From: Balanoglossus misakiensis
Lineage: Eukaryota; Animalia; Hemichordata
Direction of reading: 5' to 3'
Assembly: GCA_040954595.2 (NCBI GenBank)
Contig: CM082595.2
Location: 7,182,193 to 7,246,192, forward strand
Length of the DNA: 64,000 bases
In this document: piece after piece, positions 49,118-63,270 of the stretch
Layout of the letters: each line of letters starts with the position of its first letter
How positions within the stretch are numbered: position 1 is the first letter of the stretch
Translations under genes and position numbers: made by a program
The notes under the pieces: generated by a model
What the model was told of the DNA's origin: nothing
What the model saw: the letters and a program-made list of their open reading frames with translations, nothing else
Databases searched by the model: none

Positions 49118-50698
49118 TGTTACTGTACGAGATACTCCTATCGCTGTTATTTGTTTGTATGTTCTAACAAAAAAACACCAAAATAAGCCAGCCTTAATAT
49201 GTAATTAACTTAAATTCCTGACAAACGTTTACTATACTGCGGTATCAAAATATAAGGTGCAAAACTGTTTAATCTGCAATACCGAATACTGGATTAGGGG
49301 TTATCCCTATTTGATTTCAAACTTGCTGACATCATTTTAGTCATTATTGTGCACCCTGAGTGCGCTTCCCTTTGAAGGTCAAAGTTACAGAAGGCAATTT
49401 CATTTGATTAGAAACAGGGTGACTGCATCATTGTTGTCAGTCTCAGTTAATAAGGAGCCGTTATTGTATAAGTTATTGCAAGTCTAACAAAGATGTGTAT
49501 TGACACCAGGGAATTAGAAATTGAAGTGTGTTATTTGTTATGGTGTACAGTTGTAGTTGGCTTTTCATTGTCGCCTTGAATGGGAGAAAGGAATACACAG
49601 TTATATAGTGTATTTTTCTAATATTTGTTTGATCGAGAAATATATTTATATCAGCGGGGATTGACTGACCACATTGTAACAGTTAACAATTTCAAAGGTC
49701 GATTTAAAACACACATGACTTACAAATAACTACATGTAAATGCTAACGATATAACTGCCCACTCCGTACGTGGCATAAATCAGTGAATTATACCCCGTTA
49801 TACCTTGCACACACTAACCTTTGTAAGATACCGGTATTAGGCTATTTTAATATGTATTTTCTACTGGTATACATGTCCTACGTGTGTCTTCCTGTTCAGT
49901 GTATATAAATCATGATGACGTCATTTTAGGAACAAGTATTGACTGTATTAAAGCGACTAGTTACAGTCAATCTAACAAGTGATTACCAATAGCAGATATA
50001 TTTATTTATTTTGTTTATTTATTTATTTATAATATTTGATGCATGGGTTATATTGTTAAAAGAGGCATGTCAAGCATTTCATTTAAAGGTTATAAACGGC
50101 TAGCGAGGGTATTTGGTTGCGGATATATGACCTCTCAGGTGAAAATTAGCATATTTGGGTGAATATAATTAGCATAATTAGCATATTATAATTCCGAATA
50201 ATAGATGCACTGGTAGTCTGGTCCGCCCTCCTTTCTTTCATAAATTGTGGCAATCAAAAATGATGCAGTCTAAACAAGTGCTTTGTTGATAATAAGAGAA
50301 AATGAATGAATGGAGAAAATGAGTATACATGTACCAAACAGTAGACTTCAAAAGAAATAGGTAATAATAGTTGTAAGACAAGTATATGATTATACCACAC
50401 TGTAGAAATTGCTAATTGTCTGCCTCATCGGGTTAAGTGACCCGGGGTGTTTATCCCGAAATGTGCGGGTAATAACATGTGGCTAGAGCAAATGACCTTT
50501 AACCCATCATTTTCAGCACCGCGTCTAATTTTAAAGCGCTTGAGAGGGGGCCTGGCAACGCATGTCTCAGTATGAATCATCATCACTGTAATCATAATCA
50601 TTATGAATAATCACTTTAACATAAAGACTTTATATGCAAATAATTTGGTTAGTTTTGTGCATGATGTGTAAATAATTAAATACATATAAGAGTATTAA

Positions 50699-50884
50699 AG
50701 GTATACGGTCACCTATGCAATTTACCTACAATTACCATAGTAAATTGAGATATAGCCAATCGATCACAGATTTTCAGTGGGTTGCACACGTGAAAAAAGA
50801 GCGCCACCATATGTTCTTTAGAACACTTAAACACGCCATTTCAGCCATATATGGGCATATGTAATTTGGAGTTGACCATGTACT
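50699..50884. mobile_element. Short Kolobok-like MITE (family K2)
   Basis: ttaa|aggtatacggtc...gaccatgtact|ttaa. Homologous to 33663-33838. Confidence 0.7.
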
Positions 50885-52990
50885 TTAAATAATAACTTTT
50901 TTTTTACAAATAATTAAGTTAAACAAAAAATTAACAAACGGCGCCCCTTTCAGCTTCCACGACTTCTTGTGGAGAAAAGCATGCTTTGTTTATGGAATTT
51001 CATAGTCGGAAATGCAACGTTTTCGTTATTTCTTGCATTTTCCCGTGGCGGCGGACATATTCCCTTGCGGCAAAACTTTATTATTTATCTGGTTAAAACT
51101 TGCATAGGGTTTTTATACGTGTATATACATGTACTTCAGTGCATACATCTGTATGGCCCAATCTAAGTACAGTTTAAAAATAAATTTGCAGGTCGTGGGG
51201 CTTTAAATAAACCAATCTAAGTTTAAAACCATGCAAAATGAGTCCCAAATGGACGCTCATGGGACGAAAAGTCTCCGTTTTACAAACAGATTATCATTTT
51301 ACGAAATTGATACAACGGCAATCGTGTTGTTATACAATTTCAGCGAAATCGTTTTATGAGTATTATTTTAATTTATCAAGTATAGGATTATTTGCTGTAC
51401 ATTGATGCTCTGATGATGAACGTTAAAGTACATAGGCCCTAGCTAAACATGACACAGCAATAATGTTCTCAATCTACATGGTGTGATCAATGGCGAATTG
51501 TTTAAGAGAAATTGACCAATTCTATGAGACCAGTGGTACTACTATCGCTTTAGAATCCCAAAAAATTACAAATGTGAAACCAAGTGATAACTTAAATTCA
51601 GTATCCTTTACCACAAGTATATTCATGAAAAATAATGATGGGGAATATGGGCATAGTATTAAAGTTTTTTTTCAGAAGATATGTAAAAATGCTCTTAATT
51701 GAGTTGAATAAACATTACTTTAAAGATAAAAATAATTTGAATTCAGTTAATGGAGGATAATTTGATTAGTGCCTCAGAAATCATTAAAAAGCAGTCATAA
51801 TTGATTACATGACAATAACATTGTTCTGATAATTGAATTATTTTCACTGTACCTTTTTCTCAAAACTGAACTTTGGACGAAATTTCCTTCTTCTTCGTTA
51901 CCACTGGATCAACCGATTTAACTGTCGTTGCTGATAAACTGGACTTGTTTGGGTGATGCTTGCTGCCAGTTTCACCGACCCGTTTCTTTGTATCCGTCTG
52001 TGCGACCAATGTATGACGCCTGTGTGACATAGCATTTTATTTTTAACGTACATGTGCGCTGTAGTATCAACAGTCGTGCTATTGCATCACTTGCTCTCAC
52101 CCCCTACATCTTTGTGCTGGTACGTGGGTAAATGGTCAAGAGTATAATAATAACATCCGGGGATGAGGATGCGCTTTATACCATCGTGTACAATACTTCT
52201 GCTAAACAGAATTTAAACACTGTCCTGGTTATTTTGATAAAAGATGCAAATTACATCTTGAGGAAACAAAGTTTTTTTTTCACAAGGTTGCTTTCGTTAA
52301 AAATAAATTCTGAAAATAATAATATGTATTTTATTTAAAAGTGCAGTACTCTTCTTAACGGGACAAACTTTTCATTTCCTCGATGCTATCCACATTGATA
52401 AACACACTGACAAATCTTAACAATGGCGTCGTGATTCCAACATGGGAGAGAGAGAGAGAGACTAGGCTAAGGTAAATATAAGTCTGGCGCGAAAGGCACT
52501 ATGGAACCGGTGAGAGAAAATACCAGAATGACTATAATTTGTTTCATTACGGTGTTGAAATTCTCATTTCCTCAGAAATTCATCGACAGCAAATAAATAT
52601 CTCCCACTGAAAATGGTAATGACTCTCTTACGTGTTCAGGCGTACGTTTTGTCACCTATGTGTACGGTTTTGTTGTCATTGAGTTGTAGACATGTTGAAT
52701 GTTAGCATGTGGTTTTGTCTGCTGGTAGACATGATGAAAATCTGACATCTGAAAGAGTTTGGGAAAATGCTTCCGTATATAGGCCAAATGTAAACAATAT
52801 ATCACCTTTAATCTTGACTTATCATTGGTACTGGTGTAACAAACCGTCAGTATGGACCCCAATGTTCAGCAAGGTAAACCTTGCCAACCAATACATGTTA
52901 TATCAAAGTAAATAAAAAATGTGATAAAAAATAAGGACGCATTGTTTCCCATTGTACAGGCAGTAACATATTGTAACAAACCATTTAGCC

Positions 52991-53228
52991 TGTAACAAAG
53001 TAACAACCATGTAAACTGTAACAAAGTAAAACCCGTATATAGACTGTAACAAAGTAAAACCCATGTAAATTTTAACAGAGTAACAACCGTGTATAGACTG
53101 TAACAAAGTAAAAACCATGTAAACTATAACAAAGTAACAACAGTATATAGACTGTAACAAAGTAAAAACCATGTAAACTGTAACAAAGTAACAACCGTAT
53201 ATAGACTGTAACAAAGTAACAACCATGA
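52991..53228. repeat. Minisatellite of alternating 26/28-bp units (54-bp dimer) downstream of the ATP-grasp stop codon
   Basis: tgtaacaaagtaa(c/a)aaccatgtaaac alternates with tgtaacaaagtaacaaccgtatatagac, about 9 units. Confidence 0.9.
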
Positions 53229-53359
53229 TGCACATTGTAACATTAAACATATCGTCTACCATGACTCGCTAACTGACGGTGTGGTATGGGATCCATAACC
53301 GCTGCTGCAGATGCCAGACGGCCGGGTTTTCTGATGGAGCCAGGGTTCCCCTTTCCAGT

Positions 53360-55814
53360 CTACACTTTACCCCATGGAGAAAATTCCGGTTTCTTCAAGA
53401 CTCTGCGGCAAATATCATAGTGCCTCCGTATTATCTCTGAAAGGGTTCACAAAGGAAAGTGTGTGTATCAGTTGCAGATATTAAATTATATTAAAATAAA
53501 TTATAACTTCAATTAAACCTTCATACCCGTAATATAATTAAAACCGGAGGTTTACACATTATAAACATTTTCAAGAGTGGTACATTTTGTCTTAACTCTT
53601 CGTCCATATTAAATGAAATAGAGTTTATGTATTAATGGAATTTGAGTATCAAAATGACAACCAGTGACCGTATGCCCAAAGCAATTCAAATTAAAAATCA
53701 GACAGAAAACTCAATCAGACAAAAACAATTTGGAGGACAAAGTGGGTCCGTTTTATGTTTACATGTTGTGAGATGTTTCTTTGGGGGAATCTATGCGATG
53801 TACAGATCAGCATGAAATTTCACATTTCATGTAAAATAAAAACATGTGTCGTGTACTGACCTTCTCGAGTAGTTCCATGTATACAGGTAAAGGCGACGCA
53901 AGTACCAAACATCTCCGAGGTCGGAGCGATCACTTCCCCTGGTGACAAGGCACAGCTGACTTCTGGAATCCTGGCGAGTTCCTCAAAATCAAGGATCTCT
54001 TCGGCCTTGCCCCAAGTATAGGTCACTACATCTCCCCACACGCCATGGCGTCCATTTGGCAAGGGTATCTCGACGTTTTCTCCGCAGCTAAGGGACAATA
54101 AACCCTGCAGGAAATCGCCCTTGCTGTGCACTTGTCGCGACACAATCGCCATGTTGGGGGCCACCCGTCCGTTCACCTCCAGCAACTTGAATTCTCCGTG
54201 TGGAAGTCTAAAGAATTCGATATTCAAGAACTGGTCATCAAATCCCTTTTGGATTAGTCTTTTTGAGATGGCGTCTGTCAGCTGCCAGATTTCTTTCTCT
54301 TCGCTCGACGTCACACATGCCGGCATGAACTCGCCAAGGAAGGAACGCGCGCCCTCTCTTGGTGAGTGTTTATTAAAAAGAGTTTCAGCGGTTGCAAGAT
54401 GTATGATTTGACCCTTTTGTACGCAACAGTTGGTTGAGACAATTGCCGAAGCGTCGACGTATTCTTCCAACAATGCGCACGGATACAAGGCATGTGGATA
54501 CGTCGTCACATCGACCCATTTCACTGCGAATTGCCGGGAAATAAACTGACGGCCTCGGTTGTTCTGTAGATGCGTCAAAGCTTCGTGGAGGTCATTCGCG
54601 CTGGCTACCTTGTGAACGCCAAAGGAACCTTCCCCGATTAGTGGTTTAACACAACACACTCCACCCACGCTTTTGAAAAACCCATCCGCCTCTGACATTA
54701 TTTCTTCCAGGTTCTTATCTAAATTCAGTATAATCGACCTGGCCACCGGGACATCGGATTCTAGAAGTTCTTTTCCATAATACTTATGGACAGTGAGGAA
54801 ATTCGCTTCGACTGTAGGGCCTCTGATGTGAGCATATGTGTCAGAGAGGGCAGCGTGCACCACGGTACCAAAATCACCATAACTGATCACCGAGTAAACA
54901 TTATATTCCCGCACCATCTGAATACACTCTTCTATGTAGTCATCCAAGTCCAACCCGCCTGATGCCTCACACTTGCCATCAACGAGCACATATCTCTCTT
55001 TCAGTTCCGGACACCGACGCAAGACGTCAACCAAGTTGATCTCGAAGATAGTCGAACCAAGACAAAGAACCGACTGTAAAACCGATTACAAGGATACACA
55101 AAATAAATATCTCTACCCACAAATCACTTCTGGCTGCCTTAAATAGGTTTTCACTTTGCGCTAGGGGGTCAAATCACATTGCATTCTGGGTGAAAAATCG
55201 ACAACCCACTGTAGTAAGATATAGAAGAAATGATATGTTTACTGTATTTCATGACTCCCTTTGGTCAAACATGTGTGTCTTTGTAGTTAGAATATAAAAC
55301 TCATTAAACTTCCTTCACATTTTGCTATTTGTTCTGTTAAAAGTTTCAGAATCATCACTTTAGCTTATGAAATCCCATTTCTTAAACATGGCAGAAATCG
55401 GCTATTTTGAAATTGCGTCGACCATATGAGATTTTCATCACTCACTTAGGTAGCTTAAAACCTATTTAAGGTAGTGAGAATTACCCACCCATCACTATCT
55501 ACATTTAGTAGACGTTCACTGAAATTCTGTTTCTATGAACATTACAATGAAATAATCCATAACGCAATCAATTCGAAAATGTATGTAAAGTTCTATCATG
55601 GGCAAAACTATTTTTAAAGAAAGAATTGCCTGTCGTGTGTGCAAAGTGTAACACCTACATGTCTAATATTTACTGAAATTTGCATATCAGGGAACTCAAA
55701 AAGGATTCATGGGCCGACAATGAAAACCTTTCAAAAAATATAACCGTTTAAAAAGGGAATTACCTTCAGTCCTGCTGACAGATTGGAGCTTCGATGCCAA
55801 ACGATTGACTCCAT
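53360..55814 (-). CDS. Single-domain ATP-grasp ligase (carnosine synthase / L-amino-acid ligase-like), 446 aa
   Basis: Exons 55814-55764 (MESIVWHRSSNLSAGLK), 55073-53861 and 53436-53360 total 1341 nt in frame. ATP-grasp motifs HKYY, VKPLIGEGSFGV, LLEEYV and NIEFF..KLLEVNGR. Confidence 0.85.
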
Positions 55815-58163
55815 TATTTCGAGAAACTGAAACAGAAATGACTAGCAATAAACATTGTACAATAGTAATTACATTCCATAGTTTAAAAACACTGAAAATC
55901 CTACGTTGCAGAAAGTTCCCACATCAATTGGCTTCAGGGGCTATGGCAATGTACAACTGGTAATATGCGTTTACACAGGTCATAAGTGTGAGCTCGGACA
56001 CAAGGCGGCATTTGACTGACCCAAAAGTGGGCGACAGTAATGCGCATGCTTGGCTGAGCAACACTCAGACAAAAGAGCAAGGTCATTCAAGTAATGTGCC
56101 ATAGTGCAGTGACAGTGGGTCGACCCCACCATGTACTTTAGGAAAAATACGTTCAGTTTGTGAAGCAATGATAATGGATTATTTTTCACAAGACTGTCTG
56201 CAGAATTATGAGAGGTTGGAGTAGAGCTTCAATTAACAAAAGTCCCTGTGTGATTGACGCAAAAATACAATTCTACACAATTTATATAAATTTAAAGTAA
56301 AATACCAGTTCACCCAGACACACTTGCAGCGTTTTTCGTACCGACGTCAAAACTGCCTATTTGTCCCTTCAAAGAGTATCCCCGAAAGGTGTCTATTCAA
56401 GATTTTTTAAAAGTATTCCATATTCCGTCAAAGAGTGTCTGGGCGAGATTTCTGGAAAATTCGAGATTTTCAAGAGATGCAAGATTTGAGGGGAATTCAA
56501 CTGCTAAAATAATACATGGTTGCTCGATGCCTAAGGGGGAAAACCGGGTTAGCAGTTTTGCATATACATGTACATGTATGTCTTATTCTTGGTAGAAGGT
56601 AAGGGTAGATTCGAGTAGAACAAGTATTATATTTGTATAATCTAAAAGACGGTTAATGTTATTTTTGTTGTTTGTAAATATAAACAAGGAAACCAATGCT
56701 GGTAAACATATGAGCAGATGTCGTTCGTCAAGACTAATTTTAAAGTATTGAAGTTAGAAGTCTACAGAGCTGTCTCGACCACAGTGCTACGTGATTTTTT
56801 TTCAACTGAACACTCCTTCACTGAAACTCACCTTATCGGTAACATGTGACAGATATAAGTAACATGCACAAGAGGATACACATTCCAAACTACTTGAATC
56901 CCCAGTTTTTGACAGGATACAATCTTCCCTGTTTGACCGACACGGCTTGACAAAATGGCTTCGGGTGCACACTGGGTCAGTCGTGATAAAGGTCGATCAT
57001 CACACCAACATGAGTAACGTGTAGACGTGAGCAAAATTTGCATTCTTTTGAAACGAGAACACGACCTCTACAGCATGGGAACAATGTGACAGGAGTAGTG
57101 CGCCCTCTCTAGCATGCCGATAAAGAACCTGCGCGCAAAGAACACGAGTAGAAAAGTGGGTGACCCCCCCCCCCCACATCACCCAATTCAAAACTGCAAG
57201 GTTACCTCCCCCATGAATCCACCGCAGCCCCCCCCCCCAGGCCGAAGGGAATCTACCCCTACCTTCTACCAATAATAAGACATACATGTACATGTATATG
57301 CAAAACTGATCAGTTCCTTACTGGCTTTCAAAGCAAATGTTACTTGGCCAAAGTTTCAGACAAACCAGTTTTTCGTGACACACGTGAAACACGTTGTCAT
57401 GACTCTTTCAACGAAAGTCATTTTTAAAAATGGCCTTCGAAATGACCTTCGAAAAATACTAATGTGTCTTTTCATTTAAATTTGCACTGGAAATTGGTAA
57501 CACACTACAAACAAGCAAACAGACAGACAGACAGACAGAGAGAGGGGCCGCAACCGTGTAATTTAAAGGAAATGGGTGACACTCAAAGAATTCATAAAGA
57601 AACCTGTTCTCTGAGACATAACGTTTGAAAATTAGTTCCAATACATGTATTTACAATTTTAAATTTACATATGTCAAATAAATAGCAAAACATGACATTA
57701 TAACATGAAATGAAATCAACTCTGCTATTTAAACGTTTGACAATATACAACTCGCATTATTCACAGCGGACAACCATCACAATGAGATACGTTGACATGA
57801 CATGGAATCCCTGTAATGCATTTTACAGGCGGATTACACATTACAGAATTTGTCATCATTGTACAACGTAGATGATGTTTAGTACTCCAAATGCATGTAG
57901 GGTTGTTGAGTTATTTACATGAAAGTCATTAAAAAAGTTATTATTCTTTTTCGTGTTGAAACTTGGTAGTCATTTAAATAAGTCAAAGGGAAATATATAC
58001 AAGGATCGCTGTTTTCTTTCAAAAGAAAATAATTGGAGTACAGCGATGAATGTCTGAATCAATTAAAATTCGTAGAGATTCATCCGATAACTATTAAGAT
58101 GTCGCCGAACAATGGCGGCACGGTTTTGCGCACGACACATTTCATTGTATGCGCATAAGCGTG

Positions 58164-58212
58164 TAGTCTGGTAGCGCAGCTAGCGGTGGGAATGGGGCAG
58201 GGGACCAGATTA
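58164..58212. mobile_element. Internally deleted 49-bp AcademH-like MITE
   Basis: tagtctggt + agcgcagctagcggtgggaatggggcaggggaccagatta. Degenerate 10-bp TSD cataagcgtg / cattagcgta. Confidence 0.65.
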
Positions 58213-58468
58213 CATTAGCGTATATATATGACAGTAAATAAATTATTATTATTATGTGAATAGTCTGGCGCCAACAAACCAACAATGATTGCAGAATGTG
58301 TTGGAAAACAAGTCAGAGATACCGCTTAATTCCACGGACCCACGTCTTGACTTGAGCTGACATCACTCAGGTTTCACGGCAGAACAGTGCATTTTGATGA
58401 AGCCACGAATCGTCCGTCAGAGACTGTAGTGTCTTCTTACAACCAGCAATGCCAACTGAATCACATTC

Positions 58469-61400
58469 CTAATTCCCTGTGTATTGCGGATAGCTCTGGC
58501 TGAGAGGCATCTTTTCGCCGTTTGCGGCAAAGTCTGATAGTTTGATTTCACTCTTCTCCACATCTGAATATTCCTTCCTCTTTCTTTCCAAGTGAGTCTC
58601 TCTCACCATGAAACCAGTGTAGAGTAAACACGTTCCAACACTGATGAAACCGGCAGCCGTTGTTGTCCACCCGAAGCCGTAGAGTTCGTACAAAGCACCT
58701 CCTAATATCGGACCAATGGCCGTTCTGCAATTTGACAAAATAGGGAGATAATAAGCGGTCAGCGAGAAAGCTGTGTAAACCAGATTGTAGTTTTAACAAA
58801 ATATTGGGTCAAAATTATTAGGCTATGTATGGATAGATTTCGCCATAGTTACGTGAATATACATGTACAGAAGTGGAGTGACGAATATCAGTTACAGTAA
58901 AATACATAAATAATCGTATTGAGAGCGCAAACATTTTAAAAGTTAGACTTTAGTTATTTAAGCGTTTCCAGTAATTTGTATTTAAAATATATATTGTTGA
59001 TGAAATTTGGACTTGAATTCATATGGAACAACAAAGAGGTGAAATCAAGGTAGTTTCTACTGTGGTCTTTCGCATGTTATTCATGTTGATTCATTTTCAG
59101 AGTCGAATGGTATCAAAAATTTACGTTTGACGTCACTTTAATTTCTTGCATAAATCTAAAAGACAGACGATCGTGTGGTTTCGATTCGGTTAGTTTAGAA
59201 AACCGATTAATGGCAATGTACGATATGTTGTCAACTAGTGGTACTTTTTATAACTTGGCTGTGTAAATTTGACTGTTCAGCATCCAAACTTAACATGTGG
59301 AGAAGGCATCTTTTCAAGAATTAAGAAAGTGACACTTACCCGATGAAATACACACAATAGTAAACTCCAGAGATCATAGCACCGAGAGCCAAGTTGTCTT
59401 CCATGCCGGACGACCTGATAAAATACGTCAACACCTTGTTAATATTGCGCGTGTGACGTCATACCATAAAGACAGACATGCGTCATCGATATACACGGTG
59501 ACACATGTTGAATGTAGGAGGAAAGGCAAATAAATGCTTTTGGAACTTAATAACAAAATTACTGGAGGTTTAAAAACTTGACACGCTTGCAATCAAATAC
59601 ACGTCATATATACATAGACCAAACTAAACTAGCATACATTTTTCAGAAGCATTACAGAGTATATGTTATACTAACACAAGTGGAACTATTTTGTGACTAT
59701 AGAATATACAGAATTACTAGTAGCGTATGAATCAACTGAATTCTATGAAACAGCCGGTGTGTGTTGACATTTATGGACATTGATGGTTTTTCAGTTCAAA
59801 CATTCAAGAACAGTAAAACGTAATTATTTTAGGCTGTTTTCAAGATCTCATCATCACAAAAGTTCTGGTCGTCTTTTCTATTCTTTGTAACAGTGGTTTA
59901 CAGAATTGTACTTACTTTGCTTTTTCCATGAGGTCAACCATGATAATGACTCCAACTGCAGCTCCAAACCCTGTCAGGAAGAGTGTCACACACAGCAACC
60001 ACAACGACCTGAAATTTACAAAACAATTAGAGTTCATTAGGTTGAAATTATATTTTATACAAAGATACACAACACGCGTGCCAACTCCTGAACGATAAAT
60101 TACTTTCTGATTGGAGACATACCAACGTATAAACATGATATTGATAGAAATCAAACTCATGCTTCGATTAAAGTAGGAATGCGGATATATTTGTCTGATT
60201 ATCTCTGTGTATATACATCCGTCTGTTTGTTTGTCTGTCTGTCTGTCTGTATGTCTGTCTGCATGTCTCTCTGTCTGTTTCTCTGCCTGTCTCTCTGTCT
60301 GTAAAACTAGTACTACATACATGTATATACTTACGATGGGATGTTAAACCAAGGACATGGACCCATAAAGAACACAGACACTGCTATAAGAATAAGACCA
60401 GCCAAGATAGACCATCGCAACAAACGCTGAAAATAATTTTAAAACAAGAACGGGTTAGTATTGCAAAATTTCAAACAATGAACCAGTAAATAAAACCAGT
60501 GAACCTATGAACTCGTCTTCCTATGACTTATCTCAAAAATCAGATTGTAACAGTTAAACATAAATGGTCAAACGTGCTAAAACCCAACGAAAAGAATACT
60601 ATCGAATTGATATGCTGACCTACTAAATTTTTTCCAAATTGTTCGACTTTCGATTGTTTTATTATACGTTTCGGGTCGGTAAGACTTGAGTCGACATATT
60701 GAATATGACATAATATTGAAAATACTCACCGGTTTGTCTCCCAACCAACCCCAGATAGGCGAGCCTATGCCGTAGCCTAGTGTCAGTATGGAGAAAATAA
60801 AACCTTCCAATGTTTTGCTTTCAATGTGGTACTGAAATGAAATGAAAAATATATAACGGTTAGTTGAGGGCGGTATTGCTACACTCATTACGAAACCGTA
60901 GACTGTCATGCACACAACATTATGATTTTTGCCATATATACTTAGAACAAACGTGACATTGCTTTTTCTGTCAAATTTAAATGTTTTTCCAGTACAATTT
61001 GAACTAATACATCATCAACACTCATACAGTTTTCTGATATCATTAATAAAAATGACATCATTAATAAAAATGACATCTCATTTTGTCAATCCACTATATC
61101 GTGCATTCTATTTGATGTACTTGTATACGTGCAGTGATGGACAAGTCGGTTGTGTAATTGTTTTCTTACCGTTGACATCAGATATATGGACAAGATTGGT
61201 AGGATGAAGGAATTCACAATGCCTGTGGTCATTCTGGCAATTGATGGAATGATTATACCCGGCGCCGTCTTGAATAGCTGGATGATGGACCCTTCTTGTT
61301 TTAAAGCATCTAATATAGAATACGCACATGTTAATACATCCGTTTCTTGAGTCAGGCGCCCCCATGCGGTTATCATGAATTTGAACTCAAAGCGAGGCCT

Positions 61401-63270
61401 ATTGAGAAAGTTGACCAATCACATCAAGGGGATTTCCAAATTGGCCTCGCTTTGAGTTCAAATTCATGATGACCGCATGAGGGCGCTTGACTTATGAGAA
61501 GGATGCGTGTGGCATCACAGTCTCTACAATCCCTCACAACATATTCTGCTTGAATTGATAACATTATTCCAGACTGTAACTTTGCTTGCAAAGCCCATTT
61601 GTGACTAACTGCATAATACCTTAGTGCAACGCACTAATATATATTCCACCATACCATGGCACATATTAATTACTGTAACACTGTACCAAACAAAACAAAA
61701 ACAGATGAAACTCACAACTCTGTATTTTATCCAACACAGCATTATATATTGCGCTCAGGCAAATCACATTAAGGTGGACAACACCAAACCCAACACAGCA
61801 CACAAAATTGCACATGTAAAAATTAAACTGACCTATTTCCTTATCAACGACGAAATAATTCAAGGGAACTGTCAGCATGATACAAGATCCTATAACGTAG
61901 AATGGCAATTCATATCCACCGACCTACAGAAACAATAATTCAAGTTTGTCAGTGCAGTCAGCACATTATCAACAAATATTTACATATGTAGGTATGTCAT
62001 CACACTAAACTAAACCGGGAACACCAGAGTCCATGAAGAAAATGGATTGAAACAGAAATAACACTCTATGGTAAGTCGTTCACTCAACTACAAACTCCTT
62101 TCAAATCATGCCTACAGATTGAATACATGATATTGCTGACTGTATTCAAGTCTTCGCCAGTTTGAATAGTGAACTTACGTCATACAATATTCCTCCAATC
62201 AGAGGTCCACTTGTTAAGCCCGCTCCAAAGAACATCATTGTAATTCCCTGTAAGACGATAAAAAACATTCAGTGTCAGAAATGACAAGGATAATTGGTAA
62301 AAGTATTTGATTTTGATATTTATTAATATGGGAATTAAACGAATCTGGATGTTTCTGATTTTCCTGACTTTGTCCGTCTATTTTCCCTGCACGTCAATAG
62401 GAATGTGACGTTCGAATAGTATAAAGGTAGCACTAGTTTGGCAGGTAATCCTTGACACTCCATTCATGACAATGCTATGATAAAAAGAAGATCTATTCTA
62501 CTAAATTATTCCATTTCACTCTGTCAATGTGCATGCTGGAAATTGGACAATGATGACTGAGTGTCGTGCCGTTATATGGCGCCCTCACCGGGAAGATTTG
62601 GAAAGGCACGTCAAAGTCCTTTGTAGGACATGTGTACTCGTCAGCAAGAGATGTTGCCAGAGGGATTGTATAATGATGAAGTCTATAGTGGTGTTTATCA
62701 ACTTTCACTTGTGGGTAGCTGTAGAAGATCTGACAGTTTATGTCTCAGTCAAATTATTGGAATTACAGATCTTGATAAACCGTATACGTACCAAGACAAC
62801 CCCTTGAACGCTGACTGGATACTGGTGGAATATGATTGCCATGGAGGCGTTAATACTGACAATACAAAAGAACGCTTCAGCGATTCGTATGATGAAGGCC
62901 AAAGCTGTGAATAACTCGTAGTCGTCCGGATCCACTTTATCGAGGAACCTGAAAATTAATTCATCAAAATTGGTCAAATTGAGAGGACATGATGGTGTGA
63001 ATTTAAGTTTGCGTCGATGAATAAGTATAACATTTCGTATAAATTTCCACAGTAGGCAGGGCCAACTTCTTAGTCCGGACAATCCGTCGTTTGAGGGCGC
63101 TCTCTGCGTTTCTCCTCTGCTTGGGGAGGGGCCAGAGAACGCACTGTACAAAGTCAACCCCAATAAAAAATATTTCCAAGTGAACTGTCATCTCACCCGT
63201 AACACAGGGTTGTAAATCCCGCGCCGAACATCCCGAACAGATAGCCAAATCTTGCGCCGAGCTTGGGAAC
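58469..63270 (-). CDS. SLC18B1: SLC18B1-like transporter, paralog 2 (coding exons 3-12; exons 1-2 lie beyond the window)
   Basis: Exons 63270-63197, 62948-62792, 62247-62179, 61923-61833, 61309-61170, 60831-60730, 60426-60335, 60008-59916, 59414-59340 and 58724-58469. All have the same lengths and phases as paralog 1. Confidence 0.92.
61345..61497. mobile_element. Palindromic MITE (same family as 48185-48337)
   Basis: Near-perfect inverted arms. Confidence 0.75.

Noticed and set aside
52991-53228. CRISPR-like appearance of the regular repeats
   Set aside because: There are no unique spacers and no cas genes, and the context is eukaryotic. It is a minisatellite.
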